Assembly: GCA_023231475.1 (NCBI GenBank) | Contig: JALJEE010000759.1 | Location: 1-64,000, forward strand | Length of the DNA stretch: 64,000 bases | Source: Seison nebaliae | Lineage: Eukaryota | Direction of reading: 5' to 3' | Shown: piece by piece, positions 26,117 to 37,610 of the stretch | Numbering within the stretch: the stretch's first letter is position 1 | Layout of the letters: each line of letters begins with the position of its first letter | Program-made: the position numbers and the translations under genes | Notes under the pieces: generated by a model | What the model was told of the DNA's origin: nothing | What the model saw: only the letters and a program-made list of their open reading frames with translations | The model's database searches: none

Positions 26117-27432
26117 CTAACTAGAAACGATTGAAATTGATTTGTTTTGAGTCTGATTTGTTGAGACGTGATTATCCAACTCTTTGAGTGAATGATTCAA
26201 TTGTAGTTGCAACCAACATGGAGTAGAAGATATCTCCTTTCTCGGATAGTCATTGCCCCAACCTTTGATGAAACTAATTCGAATGTAACATAATTTATTC
26301 AATTGAATTAATTCCTTATAAGAATATCGTAAAGATGATTCGTTAATGAAATAATTGAAGAGGTAAATGTCAAATATACAGAATCGTTTATTCGACGGAA
26401 TTTTGAATATTGTACCCAAATTGCCCTTGTAACATAGTGACATGAATGGAGCTTCAATGAATATCGATTGAGCACTTAGAACTGTTATATAATATCGATA
26501 ATTGATTCGACTAATCACAATACCTTTACCAACTGCCAATCTCGTTTTATCATGAAGAATATTTCGATTTCCGAAAATAAGAGATCCTAATGAATATCGA
26601 GAAGAATTTGGTAAATTCTCCCCACAATATCCATCAATAGTTATCTGCCATTTCTTTGTTGTGAATGTTTCACCCGTATGATTCTTTCCTTCGTAGAACA
26701 TAAGATCAATTTCCCATTTCGGTTCATTTTGATGGAATGACGATTTCATATTCTGGAAATATTTGAGATGAAACGGAATCGTGAAATTTATATCGTATAC
26801 GTCACTCTTCGTTTCATCGAATGGACGATAATTCTGACAATTATTCATTGAAAATGATTGAGATTGAATAATTTGATGGAATAACTCAGAATCATCTAAC
26901 GGAAATTTATAAAATTGAAATTTTCTAAAAATCGGTAACTTATAAATCGAGTGAATGGACAAGATTGGATGAATTGATTAAATTCATTCTCTTCTTTTTC
27001 CAATTGATCTTTCTCATCAATCGACATTTTTCCATCAGTCGACGGATTATTCGACGGATTAAACGGAAACGAAGTGTCATTCATAAAATCATCATTCCAA
27101 TCGTTATTCTCTGAATTTCTTCCAGAAATCATATTCATCTCGTTCTTATCTTCATCATATGATGGGAGTATATTATCATCAAATGGCGAACAAGTTATGT
27201 CGGAATTAATTTGATTATTCGAACTGAAAAATTTCTTATTATAATTATCTTCATGGACATTGTTGTTGTTGTTAATGATTCCTTCTGATTTGTTGTAATA
27301 TTCTGAATTCGACTCATTTGGATAATTTGAGAAGTTATTGGAAAATAACTCGATCGATCCATTATCGAATGTTTTATCGTCATCCACATAGAAATCATTA
27401 TTGCAGAAATTTAATAAATTATCCTTATTCAT
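26117..27432 (-). CDS. Divergent Smad, MH2 domain only, 2 exons, ~423 aa
   Basis: The MH2 C-terminus reads LCYIRISFIKGWGNDYPRKEISSTPCWLQLQL, with upstream MH2 motifs (IDGY, RYSLG, VGKGI, SIFIE, FKIP). Intron 26896-26939 (GTT-AG) joins the two track ORFs. Confidence 0.88.
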
Positions 27433-28151
27433 TTTATTTACAGTCCTTTGTTGTTAAAAGGCTTTCCTTTCAATGTCTCTCAGCTAATATGATTAGTAAT
27501 ATCTCAGCTAACCGCTATGTCTATTAAGATGAGTTCTAAACGAAATTAAATGCCTAAAAATGAGTGCAGTCTTAAATAAATCAATACTACATGAAGAATA
27601 TACTTTGTTAAAAAGCGGATTTTTATTCGAGACATTATGCCTACATTAGAATATCGAGTAGAAAATCACAAATTACAATTATTAATCTTTATTTTTTTAA
27701 TTGTGAGACAAATATCTAGGACATTATGTATTATATATCTGATTGTGACAAAAATGAGTTCTTCTGCATCAAAAATTTACACCTATATATGTATTATAAT
27801 GATAATAACAACCATCTTACATTTGGTAGGAAATTAGATCCTAGGAACTTTTCCTTCTAAACAAATGTCTAATTTAAGAATGTCTAACAAAGATGTAAGA
27901 ATTAAAATATTGTTGAAAATAGAAGGTTATGTTCTAAAGAAAACTCTTTCTCACCAACAATAGTTCCATCTACAAATTCATTTAAATCTCTAATTCATCT
28001 ACAAATTGTAATTCATTTTGAATTATATTTTGTTACATTAAGATTAATTTTAATTCGAATGAATAGTTTATTACCAAGATCATCAATCAGGTTTTAGATT
28101 TCGAAATTTCCAAGAAGTACTATTTAATATCGGTTTAGATATCGTTATTGT

Positions 28152-28255
28152 GCAGTGGTGGCCGAGTGGTTAAGGCGACTGACTAGAATTTCTAAGTTGA
28201 TTAACTGGTGATCAGTTGGGATCTTCCCGCACAGGTTCGAATCCTGTCCACTGCG
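28152..28255 (+). tRNA. tRNA-Ser(AGA) with a 22-nt intron (28189-28210)
   Basis: Acceptor stem GCAGTGG/CCACTGC plus discriminator G; A box TGGCCGAGTGG; anticodon stem ACTGA/TCAGT with CT-AGA-A; long variable arm GGGA-TCT-TCCC; T arm ACAGG-TTCGAAT-CCTGT; oligo-T terminator at about 28260. Confidence 0.95.
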
Positions 28256-28579
28256 ATAATTTTTTAATGAGAATTAAATACGAAATGTTCGCGAAATTTA
28301 ACGATCCTCTAAAATTTAGATTCCATAAATAGAAAGATAATTTAGTCTAAATAGAGTCGATTCTCACCTCTTTTCTCTGTCCGTATATCCCATTGTCAGC
28401 AATCATGACTCTTTATATTGTCGCCTTTTAATTTGGAAGATGAACCAATTATCAGATTTACTTATCAGAATATCAATTTTTTTTCCGTCGATCCAATATA
28501 ATGGTTAAGGTTAAGGGAAAATGAAGAAATAAAATTTATTATTTGTTATTTATAGTTATAGTTAGTTTAAAACAAATTA

Positions 28580-30123
28580 TTAATATTCCAAAATATATAT
28601 TAAAGGATATCTCGATGATTTATTTCCAGTTTTACATCGTTCTTTCCAGAATTCTAAATCAGAAATATGACATTGTAAATTTGGAATGTTATCCTTCCAA
28701 TTATATGGTCCGATTCTCAAGATGAACATGTGTCTTTCGCTAATAATCAGTTGTCCAGAAATTAAAGTATTTCTATCTTGTCGAATAATTGGAACGTTAA
28801 AGAAGCTGAGAAGAATCATATTATCCGTCTCGTTGTTTTTACAAGATGATCCTGGAAGCTTTATTAAATATTTCGTTAAAGTGATAATATAATATAAAAG
28901 TAACATTACAAAAATAGCTTCTTACATAATCGTCATGTGGTGGATTTTCATATTTTGAAATGAAATATGTATCATCAACGAAATAACATTGATCTTCATA
29001 ATTTGGGCGAGTTTTCGTTAAATTCGACAACTTCTTATTCTTGCGATCGATATATGAGAGTATATGGACATCTTTTCCATAGAAAGTAGCAACACGATTT
29101 ATTGGATCAAAAGAAAATGGAGCTCCTTTCAAAGTCGTTTTAAAAATGTTACCATTGTCGATTTGGGTGGAATCTTCGAGATTGAAATACATGTTATCTG
29201 AGATGAAAAATGTTTGCTGCATTTTCTTAATAATCATCTTCGCTTGATTCACATAATTGTTAAACACGCCTAAAATAATATTTTAAATTTCTTTTTTTTT
29301 AGTATTCTTAAGTAACATGCATATTGATATTTAACGGAATGATAAGAACAATTTATTGACATATTTTTCACTTTAGCGCCAACGTCGAAAGTTGAACAAT
29401 TTTCAGTTTTACATCTGCAAAATATTTATGAAATGTTTAAAAATAACTAACATTTTATCTGAAATTGTTAATCGAGTTTTACATGTTCTATTTGATGGAT
29501 TGAAAACGATTGCCCATAAAGGCATAACAACTAAATCGGAATCGCACTTGGGAAAAACCTGGAAAGCTGGTAAGCGAAAATTTCTCATAAAAAATTTCAA
29601 AATTTAGTAAGTAACAATTATTTGAATTACTGTTGATTGTTTTTATTTGCTCAACCCAGAAACATAATTGATGTTGTGGATTCAATTTCAATATTTGTTC
29701 ATATTTAGAATTTATTTTTTCCATTTCCGTTAAATTTTTCTTTAATTTCACTTCAAGTATCTTCTGTATCGATAGTTCTATAATAAATCGCACCGATATT
29801 AATTATTCTTATTAAACACTTTGTAGAAATATTTTAACTTTCTATCCGTTTTTTTGTTGTCTTTTTGATAATTTTACCTAATAGAGTTTGTTTCAAAATT
29901 AAATTTCAAATTCTCATAAAACCTGTTATCACTTTGGTTAAATAATCATATTTTTGTTTCAATCGTAAATTACTTTCATCAGCTACTTGATTCAAAGTTT
30001 TTACTAGAAATGTTCAAAAATAATTTTGAAAATTTAAGTATTCTAACAAAATTTGTCAGATATAATCACACTGGAAGTCGATAGGAATAAAATAAATATA
30101 TTTATTAGAAGAATAAATTTCAT
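28580..30123 (-). CDS. Orphan secreted protein, 8 exons, ~400 aa
   Basis: Signal peptide MKFILLINIFILFLSTSS. Seven frame-consistent GTT-AG introns join the track ORFs 29488-29793, 29409-29600, 28839-29267 and 28580-28906. Cys residues are scattered and no family was recognised. Confidence 0.6.
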
Positions 30124-30264
30124 GATTACAGAAACGAAATGAAATTTTTGTTAGACAAAGTATTCGACTTTAGTTGAAATCATAAAACTGTTCACAATAA
30201 TATAAGAAATTTGATATAGTTTTTTGTCAACAGTTTTCTTTAAAAGTAGTTATTTCGACAATCA

Positions 30265-31094
30265 TCAACAGGAGAATTTTTTGGGAATTGCTGGATACCA
30301 TCCACCAGGAAAACAATACCAAGTTAGTTTACGATTTCCGTTACAGATCAATTTCATTACGACAAAACTTCCATATGATTCATGAGTAATATGTCCTCTT
30401 TCGTCATTCCATAAAATCTTCTCGCAATTGATATTTTTCGGTGGCTGAAGTTTTAATTCTTTCGTTTCGACGTCTGTTCATTTTGATGAGTTTTTTTTTT
30501 AATTCGAAAAAATTGAACTTTCAGTTTTTGTACATGTTAATTGTTGAAGTTCTTCGTTTTTATGAATTGTATCTTCACCTGATATCCAGCTGTTGTTGTT
30601 ACATCTTAAAACATCAGATATGAGTAAAGAATCGTCACTACGACATCTTTAAGGATGAGAATAATAAATAGATAAATTGAAATAAAGTTGTATAAAACCT
30701 TATTTCTATCATCGAATCGTTTCCCACCATATCCGAATTACCACAATCACATGGTATAAGTAATTTGATATTGAACCAAATAAATTCATTTGTGATTGGT
30801 AACAAACAACCACTTGTTGTTATATCTAATGGGAAAAGAAAATTTATGGATATCTAAAGTGAATAAGAATAAACTTGCCTGATTCTTCCAGATAGTACCA
30901 GAAAATCCTTTTAAGTTGTACAATTCTCGTCTTTCTAAAATTAGAAGTAGAAGACAAAAGGTGAAAACGAGTGGCTAGCATTTACCTGAATTAAATTCAC
31001 AGTCTTTGTATTCGTATTTGAACGTTGCATCAAATCTAGCGCTAAACTGATGAACAATTATAATAAAGAAAAATGGTAAACAAAATTTCCACAT
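30265..31094 (-). CDS. Orphan secreted protein with two Sushi/CCP-like modules, 5 exons, 210 aa (absent from the ORF track)
   Basis: Exons 30986-31094, 30875-30934, 30699-30825, 30519-30646 and 30265-30473 total 633 nt. Signal peptide MWKFCLPFFFIIIVHQFSA. Modules C..VGNDSMIEIRC..LRCNNNSW..C and C..LIC..WYCFPGGWYP..C. Confidence 0.65.
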
Positions 31095-31510
31095 ATTTCA
31101 CATAATGAAATAAAATTTTCCTCCATACCTTATCACATATATCGAATAAGAATAAGCAAATTATTAAAAATCAATTATTTTTATCTGTTGTCCATCTGAT
31201 AATGTTTCGTTTGAAAAAATAGTTTTTCTAACTTGTTTTCCTCATCAAATTTACTAATAACAATTCTCGTTTTCAATTGTCCAAATTTGGATTTAAAAAA
31301 AAAAATTAATATCAATTTTCAATCGAAAATTTCATTTTCTTTCAAATTAACTAATCAATTAATTGTAAGATGGAGATTAAATTATGGGAGAACCAATTTG
31401 GGTTTTAAGACTTGAAAATATCATGTGAATAAATTGATGATATGAATGGATAGTGAATAGTTTCTTAATTTAAATGACTAGCTCAAAAAAATAAATCTCA
31501 ACTTCGCCAA

Positions 31511-31934
31511 ATGGCTACTCACAAGATACTTCCATTAGGTTTCCGTCTTTTAAAATTATTTTAATTGACAATTTCTGATCATTCGACAGAATTGGTAGAG
31601 AAATGTGTTGGAAACGACATTTACGTAATTTTGAAAGGAAATCGAGAAATTTATGGAAAATTATGTGGATTTGATGATTTCGTTAATTTGGTCTTGGAAG
31701 ATGTAACAGATTTGTTAATTATTTTAATTTCTTTTTTTATTCAATTTCACTCAGAGAGACGACAGATGATGGAAAACGTCGAACGAAACTTGATACGATT
31801 CTTTTAAGTGGAATCAATATTCTGATGGTTTTTTTTCGAGAAATATTTTCCATTCATTTTTTATCTATTTTCAGTTAGTACCGGGTGGTCAATTACCGGA
31901 AGAATATTCCTCATCAACAACAACAACAACTTAA
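31511..31934 (+). CDS. LSM5: U6 snRNA-associated Sm-like protein LSm5, 4 exons, 94 aa
   Basis: Reads [12 protein letters not shown]...[19 protein letters not shown]...[20 protein letters not shown]. Introns 31539-31589, 31714-31754 and 31828-31874. Confidence 0.93.
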
Positions 31935-31950
31935 AAATCTATAATTTTAT

Positions 31951-33921
31951 TTACAATAAATTTTGATCTAAATGTAGAGTAGGAAGATATTTGTGATAGA
32001 AGTAGAGAACGGTTTTTGATATTTGTGGACAAGAACGAATATTGAAATATTGGAGAGCTGATTGATTATGTTGAATGGAGGAAAGAGCGATTGCAAATTC
32101 GATAAGAGATGCGTCAGTTAAGAGAACACAACCGGCGAAAGATATTCGACGGATATGTTGAAGAAAATCATTTAATTGTTCATTTTGTTTCATAATTCGA
32201 CAAATTTGGAAAACGTCTTCATCACTAATGGATGTACGACCGATATCGATCGATCGCAATTGTTTTGTTTCTTTTAGAATATTCAATAATGCTTCGCCGT
32301 TGAATGTGGAGCAACCGCGGACGTTCAAATATTTAAGTTGTTTCCGAAAATTGAGTTTGGGCAGAAGTTGAGAAAATGTCTTTTCACTAATCTGATGACA
32401 TTTCGCCACTGATAAATATTGTAGTTCATTCCCACAATTCTTGAGTAACGGATCGATTCCGTAAGAAGTGATTTGAATACATTCGATTAAAGATAATTCG
32501 ATGAGGGAAATTTTGAGAATTTTCGAATAATGAAGCAGAATCGTATCTGTTAAATTGAGACATCGTCTCAGATAGAGATGTGTGAGAAAAGGAGAAGATT
32601 TGAGAATTACTAATAGACTCTGTTCATCGATATTGTGACAATCGGATAAGTTAAGATGAGTCAACAATAATTCTACAGGTTTTCGATAAAAATTATTTTG
32701 GAATTTTATGTCGCAACATTTCTCGTAAATTAAATGACGTCGAATTGTACAACGGTTTCTTCTCGTTCCTATCGGCGAAGAAGGAATTGTGGTGGGAGGA
32801 GGAATGAATTCATATTTCGTATTAAGCCATTCATCTATTCGATTATTTTCTGCAGAATTATTAGAAATTTGAGCGTAGCCGGATTGTCCGTTTGACGAAG
32901 TGGAAGTTGTCCGATTTGATGTGCCAGTTCTCCGATTTGTGGATATTACAGAAAATTTATTTCTTTCATTTGACGAAGATGATTTGGTGTTTGTTTTGTT
33001 AATAGAATTATTTTGAAAATATGGAACAGTTGTAATGTTGTGAAGAGAACGACAGCCACTAATGTCTAAAGAAAGAAGTGCATTTTGATGATAATTAGAT
33101 AATAATAATTGGAATAATTGAGAAATGTCAATAATGACATCGTCGTTGAAAAAAATCTTTGTACAATTCGGACATTGTTCAATTAATCGATATGCCAATT
33201 TCGATGATAATTCAAACCGTTTACAGGATTTGAGGAACTTAAACGATTTCATTCCAATACATCGAACTTCTAATGAATAAGGTGGAGTCAGTTGTTGTTG
33301 TTTGTTAAGAATGAGATGAATAATATTATTAATGTAGAAATTGGAGTTATGGAAATGGAAAGAAATCAATTTTTTATCATCTTCATTTCCATCAATGATG
33401 ATATCTCTCCATAAACTATCAGCATTCTCCCAGATCAATTGACGCCATCTCTGACAAATATTTGTCATTTGATATTTTTGTAACGTCGTCAAATATGAGA
33501 AGATGGTTAATAGACATTTATCTGGTAATTGATTAATCGATATGGATTTTGAAACATTCTCATACTGATCCTGATAACGACGAAGAATTTGATTTGAATA
33601 ATCATCAATCACATAATTCAAATGTTCAGTGCTATTCATCAGTAATTTCTTCTTCAAATAATTCTGAGATTCATTCGACTCAATTGTCGTTGTTGTTGTT
33701 GTTTTGATGGAGGAATTGTGTTTGGTTCCATTATTATCTTGTTTCCGTTGTGTGAAAACGTCGAGAATATGATCGAAAGTAGAAATATGTGAATAATTAA
33801 CATAATCACATTCGACATGTTTCGTATGATTTGTCGATGGTAGATAAATGTTATTACTGATCCATTTCTTCGAATGAATATTTATTAGATATTTCTGTGG
33901 CAACTTCATTATTTCTCCCAT
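31951..33921 (-). CDS. FBXL7: F-box/LRR-repeat protein 7-like, intronless CDS
   Basis: F-box LPDKCLLTIFSYL...ICQRWRQLIW; LRRs LDISGC, LTHLYLRRC, LQYLSVAKC, LKYLNVRGC and LRSIDIG match the FBXL7 pattern. The first ATG is at 33921; the track start is a GTG. Confidence 0.85.
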   Translation of the reverse strand: MGEIMKLPQKYLINIHSKKWISNNIYLPSTNHTKHVECDYVNYSHISTFDHILDVFTQRKQDNNGTKHNSSIKTTTTTTIESNESQNYLKKKLLMNSTEHLNYVIDDYSNQILRRYQDQYENVSKSISINQLPDKCLLTIFSYLTTLQKYQMTNICQRWRQLIWENADSLWRDIIIDGNEDDKKLISFHFHNSNFYINNIIHLILNKQQQLTPPYSLEVRCIGMKSFKFLKSCKRFELSSKLAYRLIEQCPNCTKIFFNDDVIIDISQLFQLLLSNYHQNALLSLDISGCRSLHNITTVPYFQNNSINKTNTKSSSSNERNKFSVISTNRRTGTSNRTTSTSSNGQSGYAQISNNSAENNRIDEWLNTKYEFIPPPTTIPSSPIGTRRNRCTIRRHLIYEKCCDIKFQNNFYRKPVELLLTHLNLSDCHNIDEQSLLVILKSSPFLTHLYLRRCLNLTDTILLHYSKILKISLIELSLIECIQITSYGIDPLLKNCGNELQYLSVAKCHQISEKTFSQLLPKLNFRKQLKYLNVRGCSTFNGEALLNILKETKQLRSIDIGRTSISDEDVFQICRIMKQNEQLNDFLQHIRRISFAGCVLLTDASLIEFAIALSSIQHNQSALQYFNIRSCPQISKTVLYFYHKYLPTLHLDQNLL

Positions 33922-34745
33922 ATTCACAAGACGACACCGATGATGATGATGATGATGATAATGATGGTGACGATGGTCAACAATTTATTCGATAGACATT
34001 GTCCATTCTTTAATTGAATATCATCACATCTCATATGATATTTGGTGGACGTGTTTGATGATAGAAATAATTTATTACGATCGAATGAATGAAGGAAATT
34101 TATTAGAACTTTTTCATAACAACATTATTCCCATAAAAGTCTAGTTCATGATGGAAATGGTGAAATCATATTAGGAGATTAAACAGATAAAAAATTCGTT
34201 AATCGTTGACATAATACTACCGTAGTCATTTGGATGTCACAAAATTTCGTAATTGATCTTCGTTCTTCGTCGATTCAGGTTATGTTGATTTAGTCATCAT
34301 CATCATCACTTCGTCACTAGTCAAAAATAAGTCGGAAAGTTTATTCCATTTCTTTTTCTTCATTTCTCCAGAATAATGTTCCTTCTCTGATACCATTATC
34401 ACTAAAATACTATTATTATCCATGATGATAGTGGACATTCTAAATAAAGATAAAAAATTCATGAAAGGAAAAAATAATCGGATTAATAATTTTCATAATA
34501 ATTAAATATCTCTTTTTGTATTATTTATGTATTTTATAATTCTCACCAGATTTTTCTGACGAGAGATTCTGATTAGTTTATGATTATAATGAAAATAATT
34601 AAATTGATAAATATCATTTGGTTCTATGTATCATCAACTATTCAGAAATGGTTAGAAAATTAATAAAAAATATAAAAATAATTCAATAAAGGAAAATTTG
34701 GATAGTTAGCTTTGAAATCCAAAATTTCATGTGTCGACCAAAGTA

Positions 34746-37547
34746 ATGACTATCAAAGTATTTATGGTGGCTGAGAAGCCGATTTTAGCCAATTCAATAG
34801 CGAAAATTTTGAGTAAAGGAAATGCTCGTCCTCGTAAAGGTTTCAATGGAGCTTGTACGATAAATGAATGGATTGGACCATTTACAACACCGAACGGGAA
34901 GACTTATCCTTCTTGTTCATTTGCAATGACATCAGTTTGTGGTCATGTTTTCTCATTAGACTTCAATCAGAATTATCAGAATTGGGAAACTACTGATCCA
35001 TTAGATTTGTTCAGTTGTGAAACGATAACAAAAGAAGCCACACCTAAATTGAAAATGCCTCAATTCCTCCAAAAGGAATCTTCAAATTCTTCATTTCTCG
35101 TTCTCTGGTTAGATTGTGATAAAGAAGGTGAGAATATTTGTTTCGAAGTTATCGATTGTGTCAAATCCAATATTCGACCACCACCACAAGAACATGAACG
35201 GTTTTTCCGAGCTCGATTCTCATCATTAGCACAACATGATATCTGGAATGCTTTCAATAAATTATCATTTCCAAATGAATCTGAATCATTGTCAGTAGAA
35301 GCGAGAAAAGTTTTAGATTTGAGAATCGGTTGTGCTTTCACTCGATATCAATCGAGATATTTCAATGGAAAATATGGCGATTTAGATAGTAGAACAATCT
35401 CTTTTGGTCCTTGTCAAACTCCGACATTAGGTTTCTGTGTGAAGAGACATGATAGAATAACGGAATTTAAAGCAGAAAAATATTATTATTTCAATTTAGA
35501 AGTTTGTGATTCGATAAATAAGAAAGAATCCATTTTTCTCTTATGGAAACGGAAATGGTGTTTCTGTCAGGAAACCATGTTGATGATTAATGAAATGATA
35601 AAAAATGAATCGATTTATTTAATTGATAAAGTTCAATCGAAAAAGAAGAGGACAAGACCGTCACCATTGAATACGGTGGATTTATTGAAATTAGCTTCAA
35701 CTCGATTAGGAATGTCACCACAACAAACGATGTTGAAAGCGGAACATTTATATACTCGTGGTTTCATCAGTTATCCTCGAACGGAAACATCGAAATATAC
35801 GAAAGATTTAAATTTACCAAAAATGATCGATATGTTCCAAAATGATTCAGCTGATCACACTCATCAATCAATTATCGATAAAATATTCAATCCAATTAAT
35901 TTTCAATTAAATATACCACAAGGTGGACATGATGCTGGAGATCATCCTCCCATTACTCCAATGATGTCAGCAAATCGTGAAATGATTCAAGATGGATTTA
36001 ATTTATATGATTTAATCGTTCGTCATTTTATCGCTACACTTTCTCCTAATTGTCAATATAATCGAGTAGTTTATTCGTTTCAAATGGAATCGGAATATTT
36101 TCATTATTCAACTGATTCTATAATAAATGAAGGATATTTATTGGCATATGATCGATCGTCGAATTATGAAAATTATCAAGATGAAGGTGATGAAGAGGAT
36201 GAGGAAGAAAATTTTTTAAAAAATCAAATTAAATTTTTAAATAATTTATCAGTTGGTGATAAAGTGGAGATGAAGAAGTTGGAAATTAAAGAAGACAAGA
36301 CTCGTTGTCCAAATTATTTGACAGAACATGAATTAATTTCATTGATGGATGAGAATGGTATTGGAACGGATGCATCGATTGCTGTTCATATTGCGACGAT
36401 ATGTGAACGGAATTATGTTCGAGTAGAAAAGAGAAATAATCAACGATATTTAATTCCCACAAAATTAGGAATTATTCTAATTCACGGATATTACAAGATT
36501 GATACAGAATTGTGTAATTCCTGGTTGAGATCGGAAGTTGAGAAACAATTAAATTTAATTGCAAAGAATCTTGCCTCCTATCAACAAGTTCGAGATCATA
36601 CTCTCGAAATCTTCAAAAAGAAATTCCAACATTTCATGAAGAACATCGATAGAATGGATGATTTATTCGAAGCATCTTTCACAACTTTATCAGCATCAGG
36701 AAAAGCGATTTCACGTTGTGGCATCTGCACATACTATTTGAAACATATCGCCACACAACCACAACGTTTACATTGTCCCACATGTAACGACACATATAAT
36801 TTACCGACAGAGAAGAATGTCAATATAAAATTATTTCAAGAGAAAAAATGTCCGTTAGATGAATTCCAATTATTGTTAATGACGAAAACGGAACGACGGA
36901 AACGGATAATCGATAATCGTAATCAATATCATGATGTACAAGTAACACGTGTATTCTGCCCATATTGTTATTCACGACGACCACCTCCTTATATGAAGGA
37001 GACTATGCAACAATCTTATTGTGTTGGATGTTCAAATGATTCTTGTGAATTTTCTATTAAACGAAATGAAATCATGGATTGTTGTCTGTGTGAAGGAGGG
37101 AAATTATTTCTCGATCGATTTACACCACCAAAATTCCGAATTAATTGTAATAATTGTTCCGTCAATATCGATCTGTTCTGGCCAGCTTTCTCATTCGAAG
37201 CAAATACAGGAAGTAAAGCGAATCAATCACAATTATATAAATGTTCATTAAGTAAGAATTGTTGTGCAGAATGTCAAGCACGTTTGATATCATTAGAATT
37301 CCATAAGAATGTAACGGTAAATTTAACGAAACAAGAAAACTGTTTATTTTGTGACGAGATTTTTGATACCATCAAAATGGATCTCTTCAATCAAACGGAT
37401 GAACAAACCGTTTACCGAAATACGCGAGGAAGAGGTGGTCGAGGTCGAGGTCGAGGTGGACGACGAGGTGGTAGAGGTGGAAAAGTGAAAATTCATGGAA
37501 AAGTTCCTGATGGTTTTGATGCCATGAAATTATATGGAAATTGGTAA
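34746..37547 (+). CDS. TOP3B: DNA/RNA topoisomerase III beta, intronless
   Basis: Toprim MVAEKPILANSIAKILS and LVLWLDCDKEGENICFEV; SFGPCQTPTLGFCV; catalytic GFISYPRTET; C-terminal Cys zinc ribbons and an RGG tail. ATG at 34746. Confidence 0.96.
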   Translation: MTIKVFMVAEKPILANSIAKILSKGNARPRKGFNGACTINEWIGPFTTPNGKTYPSCSFAMTSVCGHVFSLDFNQNYQNWETTDPLDLFSCETITKEATPKLKMPQFLQKESSNSSFLVLWLDCDKEGENICFEVIDCVKSNIRPPPQEHERFFRARFSSLAQHDIWNAFNKLSFPNESESLSVEARKVLDLRIGCAFTRYQSRYFNGKYGDLDSRTISFGPCQTPTLGFCVKRHDRITEFKAEKYYYFNLEVCDSINKKESIFLLWKRKWCFCQETMLMINEMIKNESIYLIDKVQSKKKRTRPSPLNTVDLLKLASTRLGMSPQQTMLKAEHLYTRGFISYPRTETSKYTKDLNLPKMIDMFQNDSADHTHQSIIDKIFNPINFQLNIPQGGHDAGDHPPITPMMSANREMIQDGFNLYDLIVRHFIATLSPNCQYNRVVYSFQMESEYFHYSTDSIINEGYLLAYDRSSNYENYQDEGDEEDEEENFLKNQIKFLNNLSVGDKVEMKKLEIKEDKTRCPNYLTEHELISLMDENGIGTDASIAVHIATICERNYVRVEKRNNQRYLIPTKLGIILIHGYYKIDTELCNSWLRSEVEKQLNLIAKNLASYQQVRDHTLEIFKKKFQHFMKNIDRMDDLFEASFTTLSASGKAISRCGICTYYLKHIATQPQRLHCPTCNDTYNLPTEKNVNIKLFQEKKCPLDEFQLLLMTKTERRKRIIDNRNQYHDVQVTRVFCPYCYSRRPPPYMKETMQQSYCVGCSNDSCEFSIKRNEIMDCCLCEGGKLFLDRFTPPKFRINCNNCSVNIDLFWPAFSFEANTGSKANQSQLYKCSLSKNCCAECQARLISLEFHKNVTVNLTKQENCLFCDEIFDTIKMDLFNQTDEQTVYRNTRGRGGRGRGRGGRRGGRGGKVKIHGKVPDGFDAMKLYGNW

Positions 37548-37610
37548 AGAATAAATAGATTTTTATTTGAAATGAAATTAATTGAAAAACGAAGTGTGAG
37601 ATTTGTGTTT

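Noticed and set aside
26896..26962. Apparent frameshift or pseudogene between overlapping Smad ORFs (similar breaks in GH31, WDR47, TSR1 and RDL)
   Set aside because: All are resolved by short GT-AG introns with conserved protein across the junctions.
30826..30878. Possible GC-AG intron (CAG|GCAAGT) in the Sushi-like gene
   Set aside because: A GTT donor 4 nt further in gives a normal-sized 49-nt intron in the correct phase.
34280..34546. ~52-codon ORF after a putative GTGAG-AG intron upstream of FBXL7
   Set aside because: It could be a uORF, but there is no homology or transcript evidence.
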